DNA of 64,000 nt, taken from IMG/VR virus record IMGVR_UViG_3300029305_003192. One strand, 5' to 3'. Positions 28,172 through 38,607 of this stretch are shown here, piece after piece (positions within the stretch are counted from its first letter, which is position 1; each line of letters begins with the position of its first letter). Under the pieces are notes generated by a model, which did not search any database, was not told where the DNA came from, and was given only the letters and a program-made list of their open reading frames with translations. Origin of the DNA: a virus. Taxonomy: Duplodnaviria > Caudoviricetes. Position numbers and translations under genes: made by a program.

Positions 28172-28891
28172 ATGGCTGATACTAAGAAGCTTATGAACCT
28201 TGCCACCTTGACTTACTACGATAACAAGCTTAAGACATGGGTAGCAACACAGATCGACGGCGCTATCGCTGAACTCGGTAACGTATTTACACTCCTCGGT
28301 TCTAAGAATTCCTTTGCAGAGCTTCCTGCTGAAGGCAACAACGTAGGCGACATCTGGCTCGTACCTAACGGTAATGCTTCTGATGAATACTACTGGACTG
28401 CTGAAGGTAAGTGGGAACTCATGGGTACAACAGCTACTGACATCAGTGGTTGTGTAACTAAGGAATCTCTCTATGCTGGTGCTGACGGCACAGGTACAAC
28501 AGCTGCTCCTGCTGAAGGTACAATCCTTGCAAGTATTCTTGCTAAGATTGCTGATGGCGTTACAGATGTTACTTTCACAGCTGCTGCAGAAACATCTGCT
28601 GCAGTAAGTGATACAGTTAACGGTACTGTAAAGACAACTGAAACAACAGTTGCTATCACAACTGCTGATGGTGAAGTTGACGATACACAGAAGATCGTTA
28701 CTAAGTACATCGAATACGGCGCTGCTGATACAGCTAAGGACGGTCTTATGACTGCTACTCAGGTAGCTGCTCTCAATAAGGCTGGTACAGACATTACAGC
28801 TATCGATGGTCGCGTACTTGCACTTGAACAGGCACAGCCTGACCTCATCCAGAACAACGACATCGACGCCCTCTTTACAGTCGGCGAATAA
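28172..28891 (+). CDS. Tail fibre-associated protein
   Basis: ELPAEGNNVGDIW...EYYW...WELMG motif; DGLMT repeat; ends DIDALF. Confidence 0.7.
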   Translation: MADTKKLMNLATLTYYDNKLKTWVATQIDGAIAELGNVFTLLGSKNSFAELPAEGNNVGDIWLVPNGNASDEYYWTAEGKWELMGTTATDISGCVTKESLYAGADGTGTTAAPAEGTILASILAKIADGVTDVTFTAAAETSAAVSDTVNGTVKTTETTVAITTADGEVDDTQKIVTKYIEYGAADTAKDGLMTATQVAALNKAGTDITAIDGRVLALEQAQPDLIQNNDIDALFTVGE

Positions 28892-28905
28892 TCCATAATG
28901 TCACT

Positions 28906-28938
28906 TATGGGCAAGACCACATTATGGTCTTGCCCATA
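28906..28938. terminator. Intergenic hairpin
   Basis: TATGGGCAAGACCA...TGGTCTTGCCCATA. Confidence 0.7.
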
Positions 28939-28967
28939 TTATTTTACAATAAGGGAGTGATACTGAT

Positions 28968-30893
28968 ATGGCAGATACCGGAAAGAGTAAGGTATTGGAC
29001 CTCGTAGGTCTTAATAAGTATGACGAATTGCTTAAGCAATTAATTACTGCTCATACCACTAACAAAGACAATCCACATGAAGTGACCAAGGATCAAATTG
29101 GTCTCGGTAGTGTTGAAAATAAATCGGTTGCAGAAATACTTGCAGCCATGACATCTGAAGATGTTACTAAAGCCCTGGGATTTACCCCACAGAAACAGGG
29201 TGCCGGTGGCGGTGGAAGTTACGGTTTCGCAACCGAAACAGAAGCCGGTATTATTATGTCAGGTGGGGATATCTCGGTAGGTGAAGATGGTACTGTTACA
29301 GTAAACAGCATTGGTGATATCAACGTTGGTAGTGATGTCCAGCCAGTTTACTTCAAGGATGGAAAACCAGTAGTAGGACACTATACTTTAGCAGAAGCTG
29401 CTGGTAAGGGTATCACCAACATCACCGAATCTAGCAATCTCGGATGGGCAAATACTTCCGTAGGCGGTTTATTTGTACCATCATTAAATACACTCGCATT
29501 CTGGAATGGTGAATATGCCGAAGGAATGTCTAATATCGAGTACTTTAAGCTCGGTAAGTTTGGCTCGATGGCTACCAGAAGTAAAGATGAATATCTCGAA
29601 ACTGGAGATATTGCTGATTGGGCTAAGGCTGAAAATAAGCCTGAATATACGTATACCGAAGTGGGTGCTGACAAAGCCGGTGCTGCTGACACAGCTCTTG
29701 CATCTGCTAAGGAATATGCATTGAATACTGTTAATACCAAGATTGCAGAACTTATCAACTCTGCTCCAGAAACAATGGATACTCTTGGTGAGCTCGCTAT
29801 GCTCATGACTTCCAACCAGGAAGCTGTTGATATTCTCAATGAAGCTATTGCCAAGAAGGCTACGATAAGTGACCTTACCGCTCATACTGGAAATAAGTCC
29901 AACCCTCATGGCGTTACTAAGGCCCAGGTTGGACTTGATAAGGTTGACAATACTGCAGATGCTGATAAGAGTGTTCTGAGAGCAACAACCGCCGGTTCTC
30001 TTGAGCCAGTAGAGTCTAAGGCGACCACTAGTGCATATGGTAACGTATGGTTTTCTGAAGAGCCAAATACTGGAAGATTGGTTGTTAAATCAACATTTCA
30101 ATATGATCCCGTTACTGACACACTTAAAGTTGGAAATATCACAGGTAGAGCGAACAATTCAGCCACAGCGGATGCTCTCACAGTAGCAGCAGCCGTTGGC
30201 TCTGCAACTAATCCTGTTTATATAGATGCGAACGGTAAACCGGTGAAGACTACATATACACTTGGAGCATCAGTTCCATCTGGTGCTAAGTTTACGGATA
30301 CAACATATGCACAGGCTACGTCATCTGCTCTTGGTCTCGTTAAGATAGGATACGATGAAAATGGTAAGAACTATCCCGTCGAGCTTAATGCCTCGGGACA
30401 GATGTTTGTTAATGTACCATGGACAGATAATAACACTACTTATTCAGCTGCTACTGCAAGTGCAGCAGGACTTATGAGTGCTGCAGATAAGACTACACTG
30501 GACAATGTCGCAAAAACGTACTTGCCTTTGGCAGGTGGTAGTATGTCTGTAAAATCTTCGATAACAATCCCGGCCGGTGGTAGCGGTAGATGGTCTAAAA
30601 TCACGTACGGTGGTTTAGATTTAGGGTCGGATGCGACTAGTGGATGGGCGATTGGTATGTCATTTAAATCGAATGATGGTAATACAAGACTCGGAACAAT
30701 CGGTGCACATGGTACAGCAGACTCCATGGCTTATTACTATTTTGGTGAATCGTTTGATACCGCAAAAATTAAGGCATATAATTCAGGCGTTATGTCTATG
30801 ACTAAACTGATGGCCACATCAGCTGTCATCGACGAAAAGGTAACTCTTGCTTATAGCGACACAACTGACTCACTTTCATTTAACTTTGCTTAA
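28968..30893 (+). CDS. Tail fibre protein
   Basis: NPHxVTKxQxGL repeats, APETMDTLGELA, AGLMSAADK, YLPLAGG. Confidence 0.8.
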   Translation: MADTGKSKVLDLVGLNKYDELLKQLITAHTTNKDNPHEVTKDQIGLGSVENKSVAEILAAMTSEDVTKALGFTPQKQGAGGGGSYGFATETEAGIIMSGGDISVGEDGTVTVNSIGDINVGSDVQPVYFKDGKPVVGHYTLAEAAGKGITNITESSNLGWANTSVGGLFVPSLNTLAFWNGEYAEGMSNIEYFKLGKFGSMATRSKDEYLETGDIADWAKAENKPEYTYTEVGADKAGAADTALASAKEYALNTVNTKIAELINSAPETMDTLGELAMLMTSNQEAVDILNEAIAKKATISDLTAHTGNKSNPHGVTKAQVGLDKVDNTADADKSVLRATTAGSLEPVESKATTSAYGNVWFSEEPNTGRLVVKSTFQYDPVTDTLKVGNITGRANNSATADALTVAAAVGSATNPVYIDANGKPVKTTYTLGASVPSGAKFTDTTYAQATSSALGLVKIGYDENGKNYPVELNASGQMFVNVPWTDNNTTYSAATASAAGLMSAADKTTLDNVAKTYLPLAGGSMSVKSSITIPAGGSGRWSKITYGGLDLGSDATSGWAIGMSFKSNDGNTRLGTIGAHGTADSMAYYYFGESFDTAKIKAYNSGVMSMTKLMATSAVIDEKVTLAYSDTTDSLSFNFA

Positions 30894-30909
30894 TAAGAGG
30901 TGAACTTTT

Positions 30910-32766
30910 ATGAGCTTAAAAATATGGCTTACCGGTAACGGTAATGTTGAAAACCAAGGATGTGGATTATTAGATAATCCGTTTATTACATCCCCAGTTT
31001 ACGACTCTGGTAAACTGGGGAAATGTATCAAATTAACTAACACTGGATCAAATATGGTATCCCTATTGGACGAACCGACAAGTAGGACATTCTCAGCATC
31101 ATACTGGGTAAGACTCGACTCGTCGTCATATACCAACTGGGCAGATATATTTGGGTTACGATTTGTTACGGACGATGGAACGGTTAACGAATTTAGAGAG
31201 GAACTATTCATAGAGGGTTCAAAGCTCTATACAAATTTTTTCGGCCCACCACTTACTGGTACTGCCGGTATGATTGTTAATGGAACCTCAAATCTGATGA
31301 CCGTAGGAGAATGGGTACATGATGCGATAACATGTGATGGTAATAATCTCACATGGTATCGTAACAATAAAGTGATCGGAACGTATACTATTGCTAGTGA
31401 TCGTAAAGGATCCGTCGATTGGCAGAGGATTCATATAGGGTCATCAGCTGCACAAATGAGCATGTGCGATTTCCGACTCTATGACCACTGCTTATCTAAG
31501 AAAGAGATTCACGAGATCTACAAATCTCTTATATTACATTACCCACTCAATAACCCATTCGGTAACCCGAATCTTGTACCAAACACCTTTGACTGGGACG
31601 GGTTTTATATCGGTTCTGGTGGATCGATTACTGATGAATATTATCATGGCTTCAGAGTATTAAAATGTAGTGTGCTCGCAGATGATACAAGCGCTTTTCG
31701 AGACATTTGTGCTTTCAATGTCGCAGTTGAGCCATCTACAACATATACCCTCAGCTTTTATTACAAGGGGATCTTCTTCGATTCATTTTTCCATCCGTCT
31801 GTCGTCGCCAGTGGTAAAAATAATACTGGTAGCACAACTACACGGTCTGATGGTTGTATTACTGCACCAAGTACTGACATATGGAAGAAATATACCATAA
31901 CTTGGACCACTTTGAGTACAGTGGCAAGTGGTACTTCCAAACAGGTAATTCCCGTCAGAATGTATCGTGGAGATACGGATAGATATGGATATATATGTGG
32001 TATCAAATTTGAAAAAAGCGACACTGTAACTCCATGGTGTCCAAATTCCGCTGATGAAGAATATTCATTGCTGGGATTGGATTCCAATATCATTGCGGAT
32101 TGTAGCGGATATGGTAACGATGGTACGATGTCTGGTAGGTATACATATGCCCAGCTATCTCCTAGATATGATAGTTTCTGGAAACTATTAGATGGTGGGT
32201 ATATAAATTGTGGTGTCGGTGCAAAAGTATCAGACACATTAACGATAAATATATGGGCCGGTCGTGACGATTGGACTCTACCGTCCGATAGACTTATATC
32301 GTGTACAGAAACCGGTGGCTGGTCATTTCAACGCGTCATTAACAGCGATGGAGACGACACGTACGAGTTCGTAATTTATGTCAATGATGCATATCACTTC
32401 GTACATTTCCAAACCCTTATATCTGAATTGAGCAGTGGATGGCACATGTTCACTGCGACATATGATGGATGTGAATGTAAGATATATCTCGATGGTATTT
32501 TCGAAGCATCCAAAATACTTAATACCACGAAATCCAACATAATATACACATGCGACAACTCTATATTCTTAAACGTCGAGTCAGCCGGAAACTCGCCATC
32601 GGCGTTGCCGGATACTACTAATTCAACGCCAAGAGCTATGAATTATTCAGATTTTCGTATATATGCAACAGCTCTTACTGCTGATGATATCAAAGAACTT
32701 TATCAGATGCCTTTCTCTATTGATAAGAATGGTAATGTCTTTGGTTATAACTTTATGGAGGTGTGA
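30910..32766 (+). CDS. Receptor-binding-like protein: LamG, CBM-like, LamG domains
   Basis: Two WxHxxxTxDG...DFRxY LamG units flanking a TYTLSFY...IKFEK CBM4_9-like unit. Confidence 0.75.
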   Translation: MSLKIWLTGNGNVENQGCGLLDNPFITSPVYDSGKLGKCIKLTNTGSNMVSLLDEPTSRTFSASYWVRLDSSSYTNWADIFGLRFVTDDGTVNEFREELFIEGSKLYTNFFGPPLTGTAGMIVNGTSNLMTVGEWVHDAITCDGNNLTWYRNNKVIGTYTIASDRKGSVDWQRIHIGSSAAQMSMCDFRLYDHCLSKKEIHEIYKSLILHYPLNNPFGNPNLVPNTFDWDGFYIGSGGSITDEYYHGFRVLKCSVLADDTSAFRDICAFNVAVEPSTTYTLSFYYKGIFFDSFFHPSVVASGKNNTGSTTTRSDGCITAPSTDIWKKYTITWTTLSTVASGTSKQVIPVRMYRGDTDRYGYICGIKFEKSDTVTPWCPNSADEEYSLLGLDSNIIADCSGYGNDGTMSGRYTYAQLSPRYDSFWKLLDGGYINCGVGAKVSDTLTINIWAGRDDWTLPSDRLISCTETGGWSFQRVINSDGDDTYEFVIYVNDAYHFVHFQTLISELSSGWHMFTATYDGCECKIYLDGIFEASKILNTTKSNIIYTCDNSIFLNVESAGNSPSALPDTTNSTPRAMNYSDFRIYATALTADDIKELYQMPFSIDKNGNVFGYNFMEV

Positions 32767-32771
32767 TAAAC

Positions 32772-33398
32772 ATGTCCGTAGATTTTAAGAAAAATGGTGT
32801 AGCCACTGCTGCCAGCTTTGGCAGTACGGCTGCACCTTTACAGGAAATGGAAATAAAATACCTTGACGATGGAAGTGTATGGGCAAGAATTCACTATCTC
32901 AATGTGGCAAATACCGTCGAGTGGTTTGCTAATGATGCCGAGGTTATGAAATGTATCAATAAAAATAACCGTTATAGTCGTATGGGCATCGTCGATCTAT
33001 TTAAGCAGACTGACGGCACATACGAATTTCTAATAATGTACCCAAGCATCTCATCAACCCTTTATAATAGATGGTCTCAGACATCAAGTCCTAATGTTAC
33101 TACAGGAACCGGATTTAGTGCGATAACTACTACATGGTCCGATCATATCGGACCGATTGTTTTCAATAATAATGAGCTAACATGCTATTCGTGCGATACG
33201 CCTGGTGAAAATACTTGGTTTGCCCCTATCGGGCAATTGGCTGCTTGGGATGCCGCAAAATCTATGTACATACCATCATCGAGAGGTGATTCGGCAACAT
33301 CTACTGAACTCTGGGTCAGAATTGACCAGCTTCCAGAGACTTCTATTTGTCAGATATTTGACAACTCAATAACGGCAACTTCATTTATCGAAATATAA
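32772..33398 (+). CDS. Tail tip lectin/fibrinogen-like protein
   Basis: WARI...YS...YEFL..YP...NRWSQ pattern; in the tail operon. Confidence 0.55.
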   Translation: MSVDFKKNGVATAASFGSTAAPLQEMEIKYLDDGSVWARIHYLNVANTVEWFANDAEVMKCINKNNRYSRMGIVDLFKQTDGTYEFLIMYPSISSTLYNRWSQTSSPNVTTGTGFSAITTTWSDHIGPIVFNNNELTCYSCDTPGENTWFAPIGQLAAWDAAKSMYIPSSRGDSATSTELWVRIDQLPETSICQIFDNSITATSFIEI

Positions 33399-33416
33399 AG
33401 AGGTGAGTTATTTCTC

Positions 33417-35498
33417 ATGATTACTAAAGATTTAGTCAATATTGGTAATGCCAGAATTACTGGTAAAGTGTTTGCCTCTAAATTTATTGGTACCTTCAAC
33501 GGTACAGCGGATTCCGCTGCTGCACTTACTACGAATGCGGGTACGGCAACGAAACCAGTCTATTTTTCTAATGGTAAACCAGTTGCGACAACTTATGCTT
33601 TACAGCTCATGACAGCAGCCTCAGCAAGTGCTGCCGGTGCGGCTGGTCTTGTACCTTCAGCTGGAGCAGGAGCTAATAAAAAGTTTCTCAGGGGTGATGC
33701 TACATGGGCATCTATCGCAGGTAATGCTTATGCTACATGCACTACAGCGGCAGCTACTGCTGCTAAAGTAGCGACGATTTCTGGTAGTGTAAATTGGGAA
33801 CTTGTTACAGGCGCACAGGTAACTGTATTCTTCAGTTATACTAACAGTGCACAGAACCCGACCCTTAACGTCAATGGCACCGGTGCAAAACCCATCAAAT
33901 TAGGTTCAACCACCATTGCCACAACCCATCTGTCATATGCTGCGTATGCTAACCGTGCTATCAACTTTATCTACGATGGTAGCGCATATCAGTTTATTGG
34001 TTGGTCTACGGATACTAACACAACATATTCAGCAGCTACGTCTACAGCGGCTGGTCTTATGAGTGCCGCAGATAAAAGTAAGCTTGATGGTATTCAGGCA
34101 TCTGCAGATGCTGTATCATTCACACAATCACTTACCAGTGGTACTAAAATAGGTTCAATCAGTATTAATGGTGGCCCTACTGACATTTTTGCACCGACTA
34201 CAAAGCTTATTGCAGGTGCATCTGCTACTGCTACTGCAAATGCGGCGGCTTCTAACGGAAGTGCTTTTCTCAACGTTATTGAGAATGGTACTGTTAGGAG
34301 TAGTCATAAGATTGTAGGTAGTGGTGGTACGACCGTAACTACAGATGCTAATGGCGTAATCACTATTAAGTCAACCGATAATAATACCACATACACTCTC
34401 AGCAGTTTTGGTATTACTGCCACTGCGGCTGAGCTTAACATTCTTGATGGTGTTACTGTAACTGCAGCAAAGATTAACTACCTGACAGATGTTACATCCA
34501 ATATCCAGGCACAGCTTAATGGCAAGGCTGCATCATCACATGGCACTCATGTAACATATGCGACAGCAGTTCCATTGGTTGCTGGTACAGCAGCAGTCGG
34601 TACAGCAGCGAATGTTGCAAGAGGTGACCACGTTCATCCGGCACAGACTACTATTAGTGGTAATGCTGGCAGTGCAACTAAACTTGCTACCGCAAGAACT
34701 ATTGATGGTGTAAGCTTTAACGGTTCCGCAGCGATTACGCACTTCGGTACATGTGATACAGCGGCCGGAACTGCCGCAAAGACTGTAGCACTGACGGGAT
34801 TCTCATTAGTAACCGGTGCTAGGGTATTTGTAAAGTTCACATATGCTAATACGGCAGCTAATCCAACGCTGAATGTTAATTCTACCGGAGCCAAGGCTAT
34901 TATATATAGAGGCTCAGCTATCAGTGCGGCATATCTTAGAGCAAACGGTACTTATGAATTCCTGTATGATGGTACTAACTGGAATTTTGTTGGTGATTTA
35001 AACGTGGATACTAACACCACGTATACAAATGCATCTCTCGGCCAGGGATTCGGTACATGTGATACAGCGGCCGGAACTGCCGCAAAGACTGTAGCACTGA
35101 CAAACTATGCACTTACTACTGGTGGTATAGTTTCCGTAAAATTCACATATGCTGTACCCGCAAATGCCACGATGAATATTAACAGTAAGGGTGCGAAGTC
35201 GATTTTTTATAAGGGTGTGTCAATAACCGCAGGAGTCATTAATGCGGGGGACATCGCAACCTTCATATATGATGGTACTCAATATCATCTGATTTCGCTC
35301 GACAGTGGGGGCAGTGGTTCATCTTCCGGTGATTATATACCAACTACTGGTGGTACTGTAACCGGCAATGTTCAACAGTCAGGTGCTACTACTGACTACA
35401 CGACTTATAAATTCAGAAATATTGCCGTAGGTACATCTGCTACACCAACTTCAAATGCTACTTATGGTGTATCTGGATCTATCTATATTTATATCTAA
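33417..35498 (+). CDS. Ala/Thr-rich tail fibre protein with three internal repeats
   Basis: Three TC.TAA.TAAK...TG..V.V.F.Y.N...PTLNVN.TGAK.I...F.YDG units; ATKLATARTI motif. Confidence 0.8.
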   Translation: MITKDLVNIGNARITGKVFASKFIGTFNGTADSAAALTTNAGTATKPVYFSNGKPVATTYALQLMTAASASAAGAAGLVPSAGAGANKKFLRGDATWASIAGNAYATCTTAAATAAKVATISGSVNWELVTGAQVTVFFSYTNSAQNPTLNVNGTGAKPIKLGSTTIATTHLSYAAYANRAINFIYDGSAYQFIGWSTDTNTTYSAATSTAAGLMSAADKSKLDGIQASADAVSFTQSLTSGTKIGSISINGGPTDIFAPTTKLIAGASATATANAAASNGSAFLNVIENGTVRSSHKIVGSGGTTVTTDANGVITIKSTDNNTTYTLSSFGITATAAELNILDGVTVTAAKINYLTDVTSNIQAQLNGKAASSHGTHVTYATAVPLVAGTAAVGTAANVARGDHVHPAQTTISGNAGSATKLATARTIDGVSFNGSAAITHFGTCDTAAGTAAKTVALTGFSLVTGARVFVKFTYANTAANPTLNVNSTGAKAIIYRGSAISAAYLRANGTYEFLYDGTNWNFVGDLNVDTNTTYTNASLGQGFGTCDTAAGTAAKTVALTNYALTTGGIVSVKFTYAVPANATMNINSKGAKSIFYKGVSITAGVINAGDIATFIYDGTQYHLISLDSGGSGSSSGDYIPTTGGTVTGNVQQSGATTDYTTYKFRNIAVGTSATPTSNATYGVSGSIYIYI
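34743..35101 (+). repeat. Perfect 53-nt direct repeat (34743-34795 and 35049-35101)
   Basis: TTCGGTACATGTGATACAGCGGCCGGAACTGCCGCAAAGACTGTAGCACTGAC occurs twice. Confidence 0.9.
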
Positions 35499-35557
35499 AT
35501 AATAGAAACGGATTTCTTGGGATATTTAAATAATACAAATGAAAGGAGGAATAACAT

Positions 35558-36412
35558 ATGGCTTGTGGAGGAGGGTCTTCATCTTCCGGTTGTACCGGTG
35601 CTTGTTCTTCTGATTGCTACTCATGTACCGGGTCATGTTTCGGATGTGTAGGAACGTGTGAGAAAGGTTGTCAAGGCGGATGTGGTGGTACATCATGTAC
35701 GGGATGTACTGGATCTTGTTCGGGTACATGTAATAACACATCCAGTGGTTCTTCAGGATGTTCAGGCTGTACGGGATGTACTGGATGCTCAACGTCATGT
35801 GCAACCGGTTGCGCTTCATATACTTCGTGCTCATGTTCGGGATGTTCCGGTACATGCAGTGGAACTGCATCTGGCAGTACGGCTACACCTACCAGTTGCT
35901 CTGGTACCTGCACCACCACATGCTATTCTGCATGTACTGGTGGTTGTGGCACCACTAATACCGGGGGCGTATTATTTAAGATAAATAAAAACGGATCATG
36001 GTCTACTACAACATCAGGTCTTTGTGCAAACTGCACGGCATCGTGTTCCAGCGGGTGTACCGGTTGTTCTGGCGCATGTTTAGGCTGTACCAATACATGC
36101 AGTTCTGGCTGTACCGCAACATGCGGGGGTTATTGTAGTTCTGCATGTGGTAGATCGTGTATTGCTACTTCAGGAGGCACGTCTAGTGAAGGTTGTACAA
36201 CATCGTCATGTATGAGCGCATGTACTGGTTGTGCTGGAAATTGTACCGGAGGATGTAGCAATAACTGCATCAAAGGATGTTCGAGCACATGTACCGGTGG
36301 ACTTGGCGGATCCAATCTGGCCGCATCGTTGAAAGTTAATAAGGGCGGTACGTGGACCAAGGCATCTGCTATCAGTATAAATCGTAATGGCACATGGTCC
36401 AATAAATCATAA
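35558..36412 (+). CDS. Cys-x-x-x repeat protein inside the tail operon
   Basis: (Cxxx)n of C/S/G/T; KINKNGSW, KVNKGGTW and INRNGTW motifs; AAGGAGG RBS. Confidence 0.85.
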   Translation: MACGGGSSSSGCTGACSSDCYSCTGSCFGCVGTCEKGCQGGCGGTSCTGCTGSCSGTCNNTSSGSSGCSGCTGCTGCSTSCATGCASYTSCSCSGCSGTCSGTASGSTATPTSCSGTCTTTCYSACTGGCGTTNTGGVLFKINKNGSWSTTTSGLCANCTASCSSGCTGCSGACLGCTNTCSSGCTATCGGYCSSACGRSCIATSGGTSSEGCTTSSCMSACTGCAGNCTGGCSNNCIKGCSSTCTGGLGGSNLAASLKVNKGGTWTKASAISINRNGTWSNKS

Positions 36413-36429
36413 TTAAGGAGGTAATTCAA

Positions 36430-37248
36430 ATGCTTTCATATAATGTATCATTCAAGGGGTTTGACCCTATCGACGTAATTACCGTTTTTAATAACGGCGT
36501 AGAAGTGAGCGTAAGCACACAGGATACTATCGCAACTGCGGAAAGAAATTGTCTCGAATTTCATTTTGCTCAGGGAGTCGATAAACTCAAAGTTCTCGAA
36601 ATTTCCGAGACCGATTCAGCTCTCTCAGAAATCACTATTTCCACACCATCTGGTGAAATATATGTGCATCTCAACTACAACATCATGACAAAGTGTGCAT
36701 ATGAAAACTATAATGGTGAAGGATATAGATGGATTCTTAAGCTTCACCAGCTTAATGAAACTGATATCCAGCTTAGAAAGATTGCTGGTAAGGCTGTGAA
36801 TGACAGAGATGTCCTGACACTTGATGAGTATAAGGTATATAAGGTCGATGAGTCCAAGACACTCCTCGCACTCTGGCTTGCAGCTAATCCGATCCTCTTT
36901 ACAGACGGTAAGTATTATTCCGTTACTGAAGAGAAGCAGGCACTTCTTAACAGTAACCTTGCTTCCTACGAAAGAGCTACTGCTGCTGAAGTTCAGTACC
37001 CACTTAAGTGGAACGCGTCTGGAGAGGAATGTGTTGCATGGGAATATGAAAAACTTCTCGAACTTTCTCTTGCAATTGCGGCATATGTTGCTGAACGCGT
37101 GAGTGTACAGCAGGCATATGAAATTGCGGTATATGCTGCTGAAGATAAGATGAGTATCGATAACATGGTTCTCGATTATGATCTCGAAACAACAGCTACA
37201 GAAGTAGATACCGAAACAGAGACTGAAACTTCATCCGAAGCTGAATAA
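36430..37248 (+). CDS. Tail-associated protein, DUF4376-like
   Basis: YYSVTEEKQ...LKWNASGEECVAWEYE. Confidence 0.65.
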   Translation: MLSYNVSFKGFDPIDVITVFNNGVEVSVSTQDTIATAERNCLEFHFAQGVDKLKVLEISETDSALSEITISTPSGEIYVHLNYNIMTKCAYENYNGEGYRWILKLHQLNETDIQLRKIAGKAVNDRDVLTLDEYKVYKVDESKTLLALWLAANPILFTDGKYYSVTEEKQALLNSNLASYERATAAEVQYPLKWNASGEECVAWEYEKLLELSLAIAAYVAERVSVQQAYEIAVYAAEDKMSIDNMVLDYDLETTATEVDTETETETSSEAE

Positions 37249-37256
37249 TTTAAGTA

Positions 37257-37290
37257 ATTAACCCTACCGGGACAATCCGGTAGGGTTAAT
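37257..37290. terminator. Intergenic hairpin
   Basis: ATTAACCCTACCGG...CCGGTAGGGTTAAT. Confidence 0.7.
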
Positions 37291-37312
37291 ATTTTCAATA
37301 GGAGGTTTAACG

Positions 37313-38590
37313 ATGACAAGAAAAGAATTCGCAGAGTCCATCATGATTGGACATAATATCGGCAACGCTCTTGAGTGTATCGAGCCATACCGATATAATA
37401 ACACTGTTAAATCATTCAACGTTGAGCGAGAGGTTAATGATATCAATGGATATCATGACTTCAGAATATCAGTGCAGCTGGATGATGATAAGTATGAACT
37501 TCATTATTCATATGAAGAAATATGGTCAAATACGCCCATTACAACTGAATATTTGGCAAAGCTTAAAAGTTTTGGAATACAGGCGGTACGTCTCCCGTTT
37601 AATCTGATAGGCCATATTATAGATCCTACTAATCATACGGTTGATCCTCTTTGGCTTAAGAGAATTCGTGAGGTTGTCGAAATGTGTATTGATAATGGTC
37701 TTAAGTGTATACTGAATATGCACACTGACTATGCAGCAGCATGTAAGACACCTTCACTTTTATCAATTATTGATACTACCAGGGACCCATATACTGATAC
37801 AATGGGACGGTTAATGTCCGTTTGGGCACAATTGACAGAGTATCTCAATGATATATCGGTAGAAGATTTAGCATTTGAACTCACTAACGAGTTTCAGCTG
37901 ACCGATATCGAAAATAGGACGGATGCTGATACTCTGGCATCATATGCTTCAAATCTTTATAGATATCTTTTCACATCTATTCGTAATGTAGGTGGTAATG
38001 CTGCTGAAAGATTTCTACTTATTGGCGGTTATCGTAATGATATATGGTATTCGATATCTACATTCATAGATTTAATTAATACTGAGCTGGACGATAAGTG
38101 CTTGCTCACAACCTGTTATTATACTCCATGGCAATTTACCGTCGGCGACAGAGTGGAATGGGAGTACTCTGGTGACACTAAGGTCGAAATGGATAAACAC
38201 TATCAGTACATTCTCGATACCATCAACTCTACCGAAATACCATTCGTTATTACTGAATATGGTGCGGGATTACCATCCAAGAACCATTTCGATTCGGTGA
38301 ATTACACATATCATAACATGAAATGGGCATATGATAATAGTATACCAGCGTTCGTATGGGACCCTGGTTATATTCTACATCGCAACACTCTCGAATACGG
38401 TATCCCGTTCTGGGAAGATATGGTACGTTCGGTTATTAACGGTACTGATTATGATATTACATCGGCATATGATACGTATAAAGATAGTATCACATTCGAC
38501 AGATGTACTGAACAGACGCTTTTGACATATATGGATATATCACAGCTTGATAATCCTGCAAATATTAAGAAATATGCATCACAGTTCTAA
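37313..38590 (+). CDS. Glycoside hydrolase family 5 (cellulase-like), paralog 1
   Basis: GHNIGNALE, AVRLP, NMHTD, FELTNE (acid/base), YYTPW, ITEYG (nucleophile), WD. Confidence 0.85.
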   Translation: MTRKEFAESIMIGHNIGNALECIEPYRYNNTVKSFNVEREVNDINGYHDFRISVQLDDDKYELHYSYEEIWSNTPITTEYLAKLKSFGIQAVRLPFNLIGHIIDPTNHTVDPLWLKRIREVVEMCIDNGLKCILNMHTDYAAACKTPSLLSIIDTTRDPYTDTMGRLMSVWAQLTEYLNDISVEDLAFELTNEFQLTDIENRTDADTLASYASNLYRYLFTSIRNVGGNAAERFLLIGGYRNDIWYSISTFIDLINTELDDKCLLTTCYYTPWQFTVGDRVEWEYSGDTKVEMDKHYQYILDTINSTEIPFVITEYGAGLPSKNHFDSVNYTYHNMKWAYDNSIPAFVWDPGYILHRNTLEYGIPFWEDMVRSVINGTDYDITSAYDTYKDSITFDRCTEQTLLTYMDISQLDNPANIKKYASQF

Positions 38591-38607
38591 TAGGAGGCAT
38601 GATACTA

